Made by a program: the position numbers and the translations under genes. Shown here in pieces: positions 27,360 through 36,013 of a stretch of 64,000 nt of DNA (its first letter is position 1; every line of letters starts with the position of its first letter). Location: assembly GCA_029939575.1 (NCBI GenBank), contig JAOZSR010000007.1, positions 2,092-66,091 of the forward strand. The letters run 5' to 3'. The notes below the pieces were generated by a model. It was not told the DNA's origin and did not search any database. It saw nothing but the letters and a program-made list of their open reading frames with translations. This stretch comes from Fidelibacterota bacterium. Lineage in GTDB: Bacteria; Fidelibacterota; UBA2242; JAOZSR01.

Positions 27360-28067
27360 TTATTTTTCGTTTTGTTTCATTAAAAATACTGCTTTGGCAA
27401 ATTTCAAATCATCATAATCATCGATATCAACAGCAGATTCCCATGGAATTGGAAAAAATTTATGTTTTGGGCCATAAAAGCTACCGGCCTTTTTTAGTTG
27501 ATCAACCTTTGCAATCCAAATTGCACCTGTTGGACAATAAAGGTCTTCCAAATCCTGAGATCTTGTAAAAACTCCTCCAGGAAAAATAAAATCAGGCTGA
27601 TTATCTTTTTTCAACTTAGCAGCCCACCATGGATTCATCCACCCAAACTTGAAACAGGAAAGTTGAAAATCATTATGTCGATTTTTAAAATTATCTAAGG
27701 CTGCTAAAATATCTGACGTTCCTCTGATTGGTGTATTTGCCATTAACTGGACAACAATGTCGTAGCTTTCATGCCAATAATTTTCTGCTTGTGAAACACA
27801 ATGGATTGTGGCAGCACTAACCGGAGTAATGTCATCATTGTATTTATCACGTAGAAAAGGAGTATCATTATTGAATTTTTTAGCCGTATTAATTATTTTC
27901 TGATTATCAGTACTGACAACAATCCGATCAAAAACATTTGCATCCTGAGCTGCTTGTATCGTCCAGGCAATCATAGGTTTGCCCATAAAATCAATTATAT
28001 TTTTATAGGGTATACGTTTAGAACCGCCTCTTGCTGGAATAACAGCAATAATTTTTGGTTTATTCAT
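27360..28067 (-). CDS. acylneuraminate cytidylyltransferase family (CMP-nonulosonate synthetase; NeuA/PseF/LegF-like)
   Basis: N-terminal AVIPARGGSKRIPYKNI is the signature of CMP-NeuAc-synthetase-family enzymes. Confidence 0.85.
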   Translation of the reverse strand: MNKPKIIAVIPARGGSKRIPYKNIIDFMGKPMIAWTIQAAQDANVFDRIVVSTDNQKIINTAKKFNNDTPFLRDKYNDDITPVSAATIHCVSQAENYWHESYDIVVQLMANTPIRGTSDILAALDNFKNRHNDFQLSCFKFGWMNPWWAAKLKKDNQPDFIFPGGVFTRSQDLEDLYCPTGAIWIAKVDQLKKAGSFYGPKHKFFPIPWESAVDIDDYDDLKFAKAVFLMKQNEK

Positions 28068-28079
28068 GTAAACACCCAG

Positions 28080-29153
28080 TTATTTTATATCTTCCCACAT
28101 TATCAATTCGTCATCCTGTATATCATGATTTACTGTTCGTCCAATTAAGTATTCTACTTCATTTGGCTGCACTCCTCGCCCAGGTCTTTTAAAATCCAAA
28201 TCTTCCCTTCTCAGGATTGTTCCTTTTTTTATTTGCCCATTAGCAACGACACTCCTTCTAAATGCTTTTCTTTGCTCCATTTCTTCCTCAGAAACCCTGC
28301 GTTGATAAGATCCTTTTGCTGCTATAATACGGCGGCCTTCATTAATAATAACATTCATATCAGATTCATCAGCAGATACAGCATGATCCCAACCTGCCAT
28401 TTTTTTATCAAGAGTGAAATGTTTTTCAATAACAACTGCTCCCATAGCAATTGCAGCGAGAGGAATTGAATATCCAATTGAATGATCTGAAAAGCCAACC
28501 GGTACATCAAAAGTATCGTTTAAAGTAATCATATTATTTAAATTTATCATCTCATCCTTAGGTGGATAAATTGATACACAGTGCAATAAAATTACTTCTT
28601 CATTACCATTTTTATATATTGTATTTAATGCACGGTCAATTTCTGCCAGTGTTCCCATTCCCGTAGACAATATTATAGTTCGATTCTTTTTTGCAACGTA
28701 GGCCAAAAGATCGGGATTATTTAAATCCATTGATGCAATTTTAAAAAATGGTACATCCAACTTTTCCAGCATATCAACTTCTTCATAAGAAAAGACAGAC
28801 GAACAAAAAGAAATACTATTTTCATCACAATGATTTTTTAATTCTATATGGTCAGATTCTGAAAGAGAAAATTTTTCTACCATCTGTTCCAGTGTTCCGA
28901 ATTGTTTATCGACAAACTGACTTTTTTCTTTATAAAAATGTTTATTAAATAGTGTATTTTTTGTCCATGACTGAAATTTGGCCGCATCACAATTTAGTCC
29001 TGACAAAGATTCAATCATTTTTTTTGCTAACTCCATATTACCATTATGATTAGCGCCAATATCAGCTATTACATAGGGATAATCATTTTCCATAAACTTA
29101 TTAAAAAAATCAGTCGACATATTTCCTCCATTCCGAATAGGGTAAGATTTCAC
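28080..29153 (-). CDS. nonulosonic acid synthase (NeuB/PseI/LegI family) with C-terminal SAF domain
   Basis: YVIADIGANHNGNMELAKKMIE..., FSDHSIGYSIPLAAIAMGAVVIEKHFTLDK and the C-terminal SAF-like tail are typical of NeuB-family PEP-condensing synthases. Confidence 0.85.
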   Translation of the reverse strand: MKSYPIRNGGNMSTDFFNKFMENDYPYVIADIGANHNGNMELAKKMIESLSGLNCDAAKFQSWTKNTLFNKHFYKEKSQFVDKQFGTLEQMVEKFSLSESDHIELKNHCDENSISFCSSVFSYEEVDMLEKLDVPFFKIASMDLNNPDLLAYVAKKNRTIILSTGMGTLAEIDRALNTIYKNGNEEVILLHCVSIYPPKDEMINLNNMITLNDTFDVPVGFSDHSIGYSIPLAAIAMGAVVIEKHFTLDKKMAGWDHAVSADESDMNVIINEGRRIIAAKGSYQRRVSEEEMEQRKAFRRSVVANGQIKKGTILRREDLDFKRPGRGVQPNEVEYLIGRTVNHDIQDDELIMWEDIK

Positions 29154-30012
29154 TCCACCATCCTTTATATATTTTTTGAAAATTATTATTGATTATTTGT
29201 TTATATTTCATCAAAAAATTTGAATCTTTACAACGATCATCTAAATCAATAATTTCATTGAATTTTTTAGTATATAATAATTGCATCTCTTTTTGCGTAC
29301 AATTTTTCACTAAATATGAAAAATGTAAAAGTTTTGTCTTTATTCCCATTTTTAATTTGTCATTACTTAAATTCTGACTTATACCTACAGTGTTATCTCC
29401 AGTCTGTCTATAGTATGTTTTGCCATCACATTTCTGACCCACTGCACCAGTTGCTAGCAGTTGGGTAAATATCCACCAATCAATAGCAATAACGTCAGAA
29501 GGAATTTTAATATTGCGTAATTTTTCAACATTTACAGCAGTATTACTCAATCCAAACAAATTGTAGTCCGTAATATCCATAACTGAACTATATTTTTTTT
29601 CATAATTTATAGATAAAGAGGAGTCAATCTCATTACCGCCTTTATCAACAGGAACTAAATCGTTATATACAAAATCGGATTGTTGTAATAAATTTATACT
29701 ATTAATAATCCTATCTTTTGAAAAAAAATCATCTGCATCAGAAAAAACCAGTTTCTCAAATTTATGTTTAATAGCAAAATCTAAAATATCCTGTCGTAAT
29801 TCTGCTTTACTGTGATTCTGCTGGTTTTTTAAAATATGAATATTAAAATAATCTTTAGGCAATTTTAAATCATCGATCCCATCATAGATTACCAGGAGAT
29901 CAAATTTGTTTTCAGTTTGATGTATTAATGAATCAAAATAATCTCTTAAGAAAGGAATGACCTTGGGAAAGACAACTACTGAAATTAGCGTATTATGCCT
30001 TTTTATTTCCAA
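29110..30012 (-). CDS. hypothetical protein (possible GT-A-like fold)
   Basis: 300 aa with no clear motif. Within the operon its 3' end overlaps the NeuB-like start by 44 nt, so the true start or stop may differ. Confidence 0.3.
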   Translation of the reverse strand: MEIKRHNTLISVVVFPKVIPFLRDYFDSLIHQTENKFDLLVIYDGIDDLKLPKDYFNIHILKNQQNHSKAELRQDILDFAIKHKFEKLVFSDADDFFSKDRIINSINLLQQSDFVYNDLVPVDKGGNEIDSSLSINYEKKYSSVMDITDYNLFGLSNTAVNVEKLRNIKIPSDVIAIDWWIFTQLLATGAVGQKCDGKTYYRQTGDNTVGISQNLSNDKLKMGIKTKLLHFSYLVKNCTQKEMQLLYTKKFNEIIDLDDRCKDSNFLMKYKQIINNNFQKIYKGWWSEILPYSEWRKYVD

Positions 30013-30014
30013 AT

Positions 30015-30692
30015 TTACTGACCTTTATTGTTTGAATAAATAAAAACATGATTCCCTTTACGAATAAAAGCTCCGGGTTTCCCCGGATAAGTTACAGCTC
30101 TGATACGTCGATTTATTTCATTTTCATCCATCCTACAAGTGATTTCACAAAGACTATTTAATTCATTTCGGGTATAGGGACGCCTTTGCCATTTTTCTCC
30201 ACAAAAATGTAAATTTTGTCCTGAAAAAATTTTATCAACTATTATTTTAAAAGAGTCAAATATTTTGTCATAACATTTTTGAGTTACAGAATATACAGAA
30301 TCATATTTATCTATTTTGAACCTTATTACATCGATAATTCGCCCGGTATCCACTTTATCTTCCATTATATGAGATGTAATTCCGTATATAGGTTCTTCGT
30401 TATATAATGCAAAATTTACACAACCGATTCCCGGATATTCAGGGGGACCGGTATGAAAATTAATTGCCCAATCACGAGTATTATTTAGTAGTTTAGCAGG
30501 AATAATCCATGGTGACAGATATGAAATAAGTAAATCACATTTATATTTAACATCTAAAACAGGAAATGGATCTTTTGTATCACCAATGAACACATCAATA
30601 TTATCAGTATATTTTTTTAAATAATCTATTGCTTCCGTGAGATGCGGGCGTTCTTTGGCAAATAGAGCAACTTTTTTTTTATTTCTGACCAT
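30015..30692 (-). CDS. formyltransferase-domain protein (sugar N-formyltransferase candidate)
   Basis: WAINFHTGPPEYPGIGCVNFALYNEE resembles the Fmt/PurN formyl-transferase catalytic core (HxSLLPkyrG). The tetrahydrofolate-binding fold is typical of sugar N-formyltransferases. Confidence 0.65.
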   Translation of the reverse strand: MVRNKKKVALFAKERPHLTEAIDYLKKYTDNIDVFIGDTKDPFPVLDVKYKCDLLISYLSPWIIPAKLLNNTRDWAINFHTGPPEYPGIGCVNFALYNEEPIYGITSHIMEDKVDTGRIIDVIRFKIDKYDSVYSVTQKCYDKIFDSFKIIVDKIFSGQNLHFCGEKWQRRPYTRNELNSLCEITCRMDENEINRRIRAVTYPGKPGAFIRKGNHVFIYSNNKGQ

Positions 30693-31845
30693 TTTTCAAA
30701 ACTCCAATGACATATTCTTGCTGCTCCTGACTTAAATTTACACTTGCTGGAATATTCAAAGTCCTTTCAACCAATTGATAACACCTCTCCAGTTTATATG
30801 TTTGATAATTATTATAAGGTTTCTGCAAATGATTGAGAAACCAAATAGGTCTGCTCTGAATTTTTTCACTTTCTAAATAAGACATAAGTTCATCTCGGTC
30901 TTTCCCGTAAACTTTTGCATCAATTTGTAAACAATACATCCAATAATTGGATTCTGCATATTCAGGAGTATCACTTAGTTTTACTCCTCTTGTTAATTTT
31001 ATAGCCTGTTTATATTTCAGATAATTAGTTTTTTTTATTTTCAAATACTCCGGTAATTTCTCCAGTTGGCCAACTCCCATAGCAGCCTGGATATTTGTAA
31101 GACGGTAATTATATCCAATTTCATGGTGAATATATTTTACAGGATCATCTTTGGCCTGAGTTGTTAAATAACGCACCTTATTTGCATATTTCTGATTATC
31201 AGTCAGGATCATACCACCACCACCACAGGTGATAATTTTATTCCCGTTAAAAGAAAGACATCCTAAATCTCCAAGAGTTCCAGTGTGTTTTCCTTTATAT
31301 TTGCCATCGGTATAAGATGTACCCAAACTTTCACTGGCATCTTCAATAATTTTAATATTCCGCTTTTTACACAAGTCGATCAGATCATCTAAATAACAGG
31401 CATTACCAAAAATATGAACCGGAATAATTGCAGAAATTCTTTTATTTGTTTTTTTATTATAAGTAAAACCATTTTTAAAAATAGTTGCTTCTCTGATGAA
31501 CTCAATTGTCTTTTCTACATCAATATTATAATAATCATCTGCATCCATAAATATAGGATCTGCATTGCAATATTTAACTACATTAATTGGTGATATAAAA
31601 GTAATTGTCGGAACAATAACCTCATCATCAGGTTTTACTCCGGCTACAATTAAAGCAATATGCAAAGCAGCTGTACCATTTACAACAGCAATAGCATATT
31701 TTGCACCAGTATATTCTGCTATTTTTTCTTCAAATAAATCAACATATTTTCCGGCTGAAGAGACCCACTCTGTGTCAAGACACTCATTAATATATTTCTT
31801 TTCATTTCCTTGAATACTCGGTACTGACAAAGGAATAAATTCCAT
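30679..31845 (-). CDS. DegT/DnrJ/EryC1-family PLP-dependent sugar aminotransferase (second copy)
   Basis: EKIAEYTGAKYAIAVVNGTAALHIAL...IIEDASESLG...GDLGCLSFNGNKIIT is the classic aminotransferase layout with its lysine region. Confidence 0.75.
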   Translation of the reverse strand: MEFIPLSVPSIQGNEKKYINECLDTEWVSSAGKYVDLFEEKIAEYTGAKYAIAVVNGTAALHIALIVAGVKPDDEVIVPTITFISPINVVKYCNADPIFMDADDYYNIDVEKTIEFIREATIFKNGFTYNKKTNKRISAIIPVHIFGNACYLDDLIDLCKKRNIKIIEDASESLGTSYTDGKYKGKHTGTLGDLGCLSFNGNKIITCGGGGMILTDNQKYANKVRYLTTQAKDDPVKYIHHEIGYNYRLTNIQAAMGVGQLEKLPEYLKIKKTNYLKYKQAIKLTRGVKLSDTPEYAESNYWMYCLQIDAKVYGKDRDELMSYLESEKIQSRPIWFLNHLQKPYNNYQTYKLERCYQLVERTLNIPASVNLSQEQQEYVIGVLKNGQK

Positions 31846-31857
31846 TAAATTTCCTCA

Positions 31858-32850
31858 TTAAAGTGTTTGATAAAGTTGTAGAATTTTATCTGCAATTTGT
31901 GGAGATGTTAATCCATACTTTTCTAACAAATCGTTGTATTCTCCTGATTTTCCATAAAGATCCGGATGTCCCAGGATTAGCTGCGGAGGTGAATTTTTCA
32001 ATGTAGATTTGTATTCTGCTATTGCGCTTCCCAAACCACCGATAATATTATGTTCTTCTATAGATACAATCAGATTAGTTCCTTCACAGGCGTTTTTAAT
32101 TGCCATCGTATCCAAAGGTTTAATTGTATGCATATTTACAACACAAGCAGATATTCCCTTTTCCAATAATAAATTAGAAGTTTGTAGGGCTTCATAAACC
32201 ATAGTTCCACAAGCGAATATTGTGATATCTTTTCCATTTTTCAGGATATTTGCTTTTCCAATTTCAAAATCATAATCATCTTCATAAACCATTGGATTTG
32301 GAGTTCCACCAGTTAATCGAATATAGATAGGTCCTTTATGTTTCATAGATGCAATAGTAGCTTTTACAGTTTCCCCACTATCGGCAGGAGAAATTACCGT
32401 CATACCGGGAATTGCCCGCATTATGGCAATATCTTCAATACTGCAATGAGTATATCCAAGTGTGCCAAGTACAATACCGGCAGATAAACCAACCATACAA
32501 ACATCATTGTTCATATACCCAAGATTTACCTTGATTTGTTCACAACAGCGCATGGTTTGAAAAGGTGCAAAAGTCGAAGTTATTACCTTATGCCCCTCAC
32601 TTGCCAGACCTGCTGCTATCCCCATCATATTTTGTTCTGCAATACCAACATCCAGATATTTTTCAGGATGGGTTTTACGAAACCTATCCAACCCTGCAGA
32701 AGTGGAAACATCAGCTGTCAAAATCATGAGGTTTTCCATTGTTTTACCTAATTCAACTGCAGTTAATCCAAATGCAGCTCTGGAGCCTATTCTTGACCAA
32801 ATTTTCATTGTCGCTTTATTTATTTTCATGATTTTTATTCCTAATCCCAA
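31858..32850 (-). CDS. transketolase, C-terminal (pyrimidine-binding) subunit of a split transketolase
   Basis: IAEQNMMGIAAGLASEGHKVITSTFAPF and the C-terminal domain are typical of TktB-type small subunits. Confidence 0.8.
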   Translation of the reverse strand: MGLGIKIMKINKATMKIWSRIGSRAAFGLTAVELGKTMENLMILTADVSTSAGLDRFRKTHPEKYLDVGIAEQNMMGIAAGLASEGHKVITSTFAPFQTMRCCEQIKVNLGYMNNDVCMVGLSAGIVLGTLGYTHCSIEDIAIMRAIPGMTVISPADSGETVKATIASMKHKGPIYIRLTGGTPNPMVYEDDYDFEIGKANILKNGKDITIFACGTMVYEALQTSNLLLEKGISACVVNMHTIKPLDTMAIKNACEGTNLIVSIEEHNIIGGLGSAIAEYKSTLKNSPPQLILGHPDLYGKSGEYNDLLEKYGLTSPQIADKILQLYQTL

Positions 32851-33689
32851 TTTAATTCATCAAGAGCAATTTTATATTGTGATTTTGTCAAAATCGCATG
32901 GTGCCAGTCATTATTATTCTCAGCAAATTGAAAACCTTTTCCTTTGATAGTATGTGCGATAATAGCCACAGGTTTACCAGATTTCTTTTTTAATTTAAAT
33001 AAATCGTACATTTCTTTAATATTATGTCCATCGGTTTCATAAGTATCCCAACCAAAACTAGACCACTTTTCCTTTAAATTGCTAACATCCATTACTTCAG
33101 AGTTAGACCCACCTAACTGGAATTTATTATAATCAATAATAGTTGTCAGATTATCTAATTTGAATTGTGCTCCTGCCATAGCGGCCTCCCAAATTGCTCC
33201 TTCATTACATTCACCATCACCAATCAAAACAAATACTTTGAAATCTTTTTGTCTTTTTTTACCTGAAAAGGCAACTCCAACTCCAAGTGATAATCCCATT
33301 CCCAGGCTTCCATTGGAAAACTCTATTCCTTTTTTCCGGTTCATTACAGGATGTCCTACCAGATCGCTATCAGTTTTTTCAAAAGTTAACAAATTTTCAT
33401 CTGACATTAAACCAATTTCGGCTAATGCAGAATAATATCCAAGTACACCATGTCCTTTACTCAAAATAAACCTATCACGTTCAGGATTCTCAGGATTTGA
33501 AATATCATATTTCATAATACCACCATAAAGTGTAGCTGTAATATCAACTATTGATAATCCACCACCAAAATGAGAGCTTAACTTCCCGGCTTCCAATGAC
33601 ATATCAATAATTTTTTTTCGCATATTTTTTGCCATTTTTGTGATTTTTGTAATGATTTTATCATTGTTATCCATTTTACAAACCTCCAT
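32841..33689 (-). CDS. transketolase, N-terminal (thiamine-diphosphate-binding) subunit
   Basis: GHGVLGYYSALAEIG...VLIGDGECNEGAIWEAAMAGAQFKLDNL is the TPP-binding GDG...N motif of transketolase N-terminal subunits. Overlaps the downstream subunit by 10 nt. Confidence 0.8.
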   Translation of the reverse strand: MEVCKMDNNDKIITKITKMAKNMRKKIIDMSLEAGKLSSHFGGGLSIVDITATLYGGIMKYDISNPENPERDRFILSKGHGVLGYYSALAEIGLMSDENLLTFEKTDSDLVGHPVMNRKKGIEFSNGSLGMGLSLGVGVAFSGKKRQKDFKVFVLIGDGECNEGAIWEAAMAGAQFKLDNLTTIIDYNKFQLGGSNSEVMDVSNLKEKWSSFGWDTYETDGHNIKEMYDLFKLKKKSGKPVAIIAHTIKGKGFQFAENNNDWHHAILTKSQYKIALDELNWD

Positions 33690-34455
33690 CTACCCGTAGA
33701 ACCTGCCCCGTAATAAAAGAAGACATTTCTGAGGCCAGAAATAAAGCGGTATTTGCAATTTCTTTCGGTTGACCAACACGCCGTAACGAAGTACGCTGCA
33801 CAACGTTTTCCAAAACTTCTTTTGGTGTATTTAATTCCATCATATCGGTTTGTGTTAATCCCGGAGCAATTCCGTTGACTCTAATATTAGATAACCCCAA
33901 TTCCCGAGACATGACAACACTCGATGTAATTACCGCTGATTTTGTAGCTGCGTATGCCATTCTGCCTTCATTACATTCATAAGCTGCGCTTGATGCAATG
34001 TTTATCACACTACCCTTTTTTTCTTTTATCATTAATTTAATAATATATTGGCTAAATTTAATTTGTGAGAAAAAATTAATATCAAATAATTCTTTCATTT
34101 TATCTACAGAAGTCATTTGGAATAAAGCTGTAAAAATTGCACCGGCATTATTAACCAATATATCAACTGGTTGTTTTGCTGATCTAATTGATTTGATAGC
34201 ATCTTTCATTTGTTTTTCATCTATAAGATCAAAATAGAGAGGATTTATTTGTACATTATTATCTTTAGCAAGTTGTTCTGTAAATTCTATAAAATCAGGG
34301 CTAGATTTCCTCGCACACGCCCAAACGTTGGCACCATTAATTGCAAAGATTTCAGTAATTGCTTTACCAATCCCCCTATTACTCCCTGTTACAATTGCAG
34401 TTTTCCCTGATAATAACACATTCTCTCCTTCAATTTTCTTTTTTGATATAATCAT
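33676..34455 (-). CDS. SDR-family oxidoreductase (FabG/PtmA-like)
   Basis: TAIVTGSNRGIGKAI (TGxxxGxG) and YAATKSAV (YxxxK) are the SDR signatures. Start chosen at the internal Met (MIISKK); the ORF track extends to 34506. Confidence 0.75.
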   Translation of the reverse strand: MIISKKKIEGENVLLSGKTAIVTGSNRGIGKAITEIFAINGANVWACARKSSPDFIEFTEQLAKDNNVQINPLYFDLIDEKQMKDAIKSIRSAKQPVDILVNNAGAIFTALFQMTSVDKMKELFDINFFSQIKFSQYIIKLMIKEKKGSVINIASSAAYECNEGRMAYAATKSAVITSSVVMSRELGLSNIRVNGIAPGLTQTDMMELNTPKEVLENVVQRTSLRRVGQPKEIANTALFLASEMSSFITGQVLRVDGGL

Positions 34456-35488
34456 CTTTGGTAAAAATCTCTCTTGCATCCAATGGATTAAACACAGACA
34501 TTCCATCCCGTTGCATAAATTTTTTTACAAAATCGACATCTTCACCTGCAAGACAGAGTTTGCTATAATTATGAAAATATTTAATACTAAACCCGTATTC
34601 CGATATATCTTTTAAACTCTGCTCAAACACATTCCCAATTTTAATATGCAAATATGGACAAACCAGTACATCACCAATTGGAGTTATATATAAGCGATTA
34701 ACAGTATTACATCCAATTATTTTTTCATATTGCTTATCAAAAGGATTCCAGAGGTCACGAAGTATATTTTGATATTTTTTTCTTAAATATATTAAATATT
34801 TTAAGTCATCTTCATTTAACATTACATCAGTATGATCCTGCCAGCAACCAGATGGAACTGCGGCATTAATTAATGTTGTATAACCATGTTTTTTAGAATA
34901 TTCACACAACTTTTCAATATCCGGTGATTTAATGTTGTAATGTCCTACAGTAATATTTAAATAAGGTGTCATCCCTGTTTTTTGAACAAATTTCAAAGCC
35001 TCAATAGCTTTTTTCCAGGCACCGCTTTTACCACGGAATTTATCATGAATTTCCGGATCGGCACTATCAATACTGACAGAGACACGGCTGACTCCTGCCT
35101 CAGCTAATTGTTTTGCTATAGATTCATCAAGGAGAAAGCCATTGGTTGTAAGATATAAATAAAATCTTTCCGGTTTGATAGCAGTTAATACATCAAATAA
35201 TTTTTGTGGACGGATTAATAACTCACCACCCTGTAAATCAAATTCAAAAATTCCAAGTTCATCAGCCTGGTTAGCAATATCGCCCATTTTTTCTACTGGC
35301 AATTCCTCTTTAATATGATCTCCCTGAGAAGATCTAGTAAAACAATGCTCACAATGAAAATTACAGGCATTATTATAATTTACGTCAATGCCTCGCTGTT
35401 TTACACCTATTTCACCATTATTTTTTCGAAGAGCAGTATGAAAGCTTCTAAATTTCTCAAATACTCTGGGTTTGTCAATAATTGACAT
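34430..35488 (-). CDS. radical SAM enzyme
   Basis: CNFHCEHC (CxxxCxxC) near the N-terminus followed by the GGE motif (DLQGGELL). No obvious cobalamin-binding N-terminal domain. Confidence 0.7.
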   Translation of the reverse strand: MSIIDKPRVFEKFRSFHTALRKNNGEIGVKQRGIDVNYNNACNFHCEHCFTRSSQGDHIKEELPVEKMGDIANQADELGIFEFDLQGGELLIRPQKLFDVLTAIKPERFYLYLTTNGFLLDESIAKQLAEAGVSRVSVSIDSADPEIHDKFRGKSGAWKKAIEALKFVQKTGMTPYLNITVGHYNIKSPDIEKLCEYSKKHGYTTLINAAVPSGCWQDHTDVMLNEDDLKYLIYLRKKYQNILRDLWNPFDKQYEKIIGCNTVNRLYITPIGDVLVCPYLHIKIGNVFEQSLKDISEYGFSIKYFHNYSKLCLAGEDVDFVKKFMQRDGMSVFNPLDAREIFTKDDYIKKEN

Positions 35489-35522
35489 TATTAATAACTC
35501 CTAATAATTTATTTGTATTATA

Positions 35523-35999
35523 TTACATTTTTTTCGTTACTCGAAATTGTTTTAAAATATCTGGCATTACTATCTGAAAATCAGCCTGACATGAAATTTC
35601 ACCATTAACTGAGCCTGTACCTGTACAATTTCCGATTCCACGTTTCCATGATAATAATTTAGTATCCAAATAAAGACGATCTCCTGGTAAAACTTTTCGC
35701 TTTAGTTTAATATTGTTCGCTGATAATAAATACACTACTTTCCCTTTATTTCCATTTAAAGTTAAAACAGTCAGAGCGCACATTTGAACTAATGCTTCAA
35801 TTTGCAACATCCCGGGCATATTTGGATCGCCGGGAAAATGGACAGGAAAAAACCATTCATCTTCATTTAACAATTTATATCCCTTTGCACTGATTCCGGG
35901 AATAACCTCTTCTGCAAAATCAATCATGCGATATGGTGGTCTGTTTTGTTCATATTCATGAATTTCATTCACATTTAATTTTAATGGCATTAAAGGCAT
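35523..35999 (-). CDS. FabZ/FabA-like hot-dog-fold (3R)-hydroxyacyl-ACP dehydratase
   Basis: HFPGDPNMPGMLQIEALVQ matches the FabZ active-site motif (HFPgxPvmPGvL..Ea.aQ). Confidence 0.7.
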   Translation of the reverse strand: MPLMPLKLNVNEIHEYEQNRPPYRMIDFAEEVIPGISAKGYKLLNEDEWFFPVHFPGDPNMPGMLQIEALVQMCALTVLTLNGNKGKVVYLLSANNIKLKRKVLPGDRLYLDTKLLSWKRGIGNCTGTGSVNGEISCQADFQIVMPDILKQFRVTKKM

Positions 36000-36013
36000 A
36001 ATAAATCCATTTT

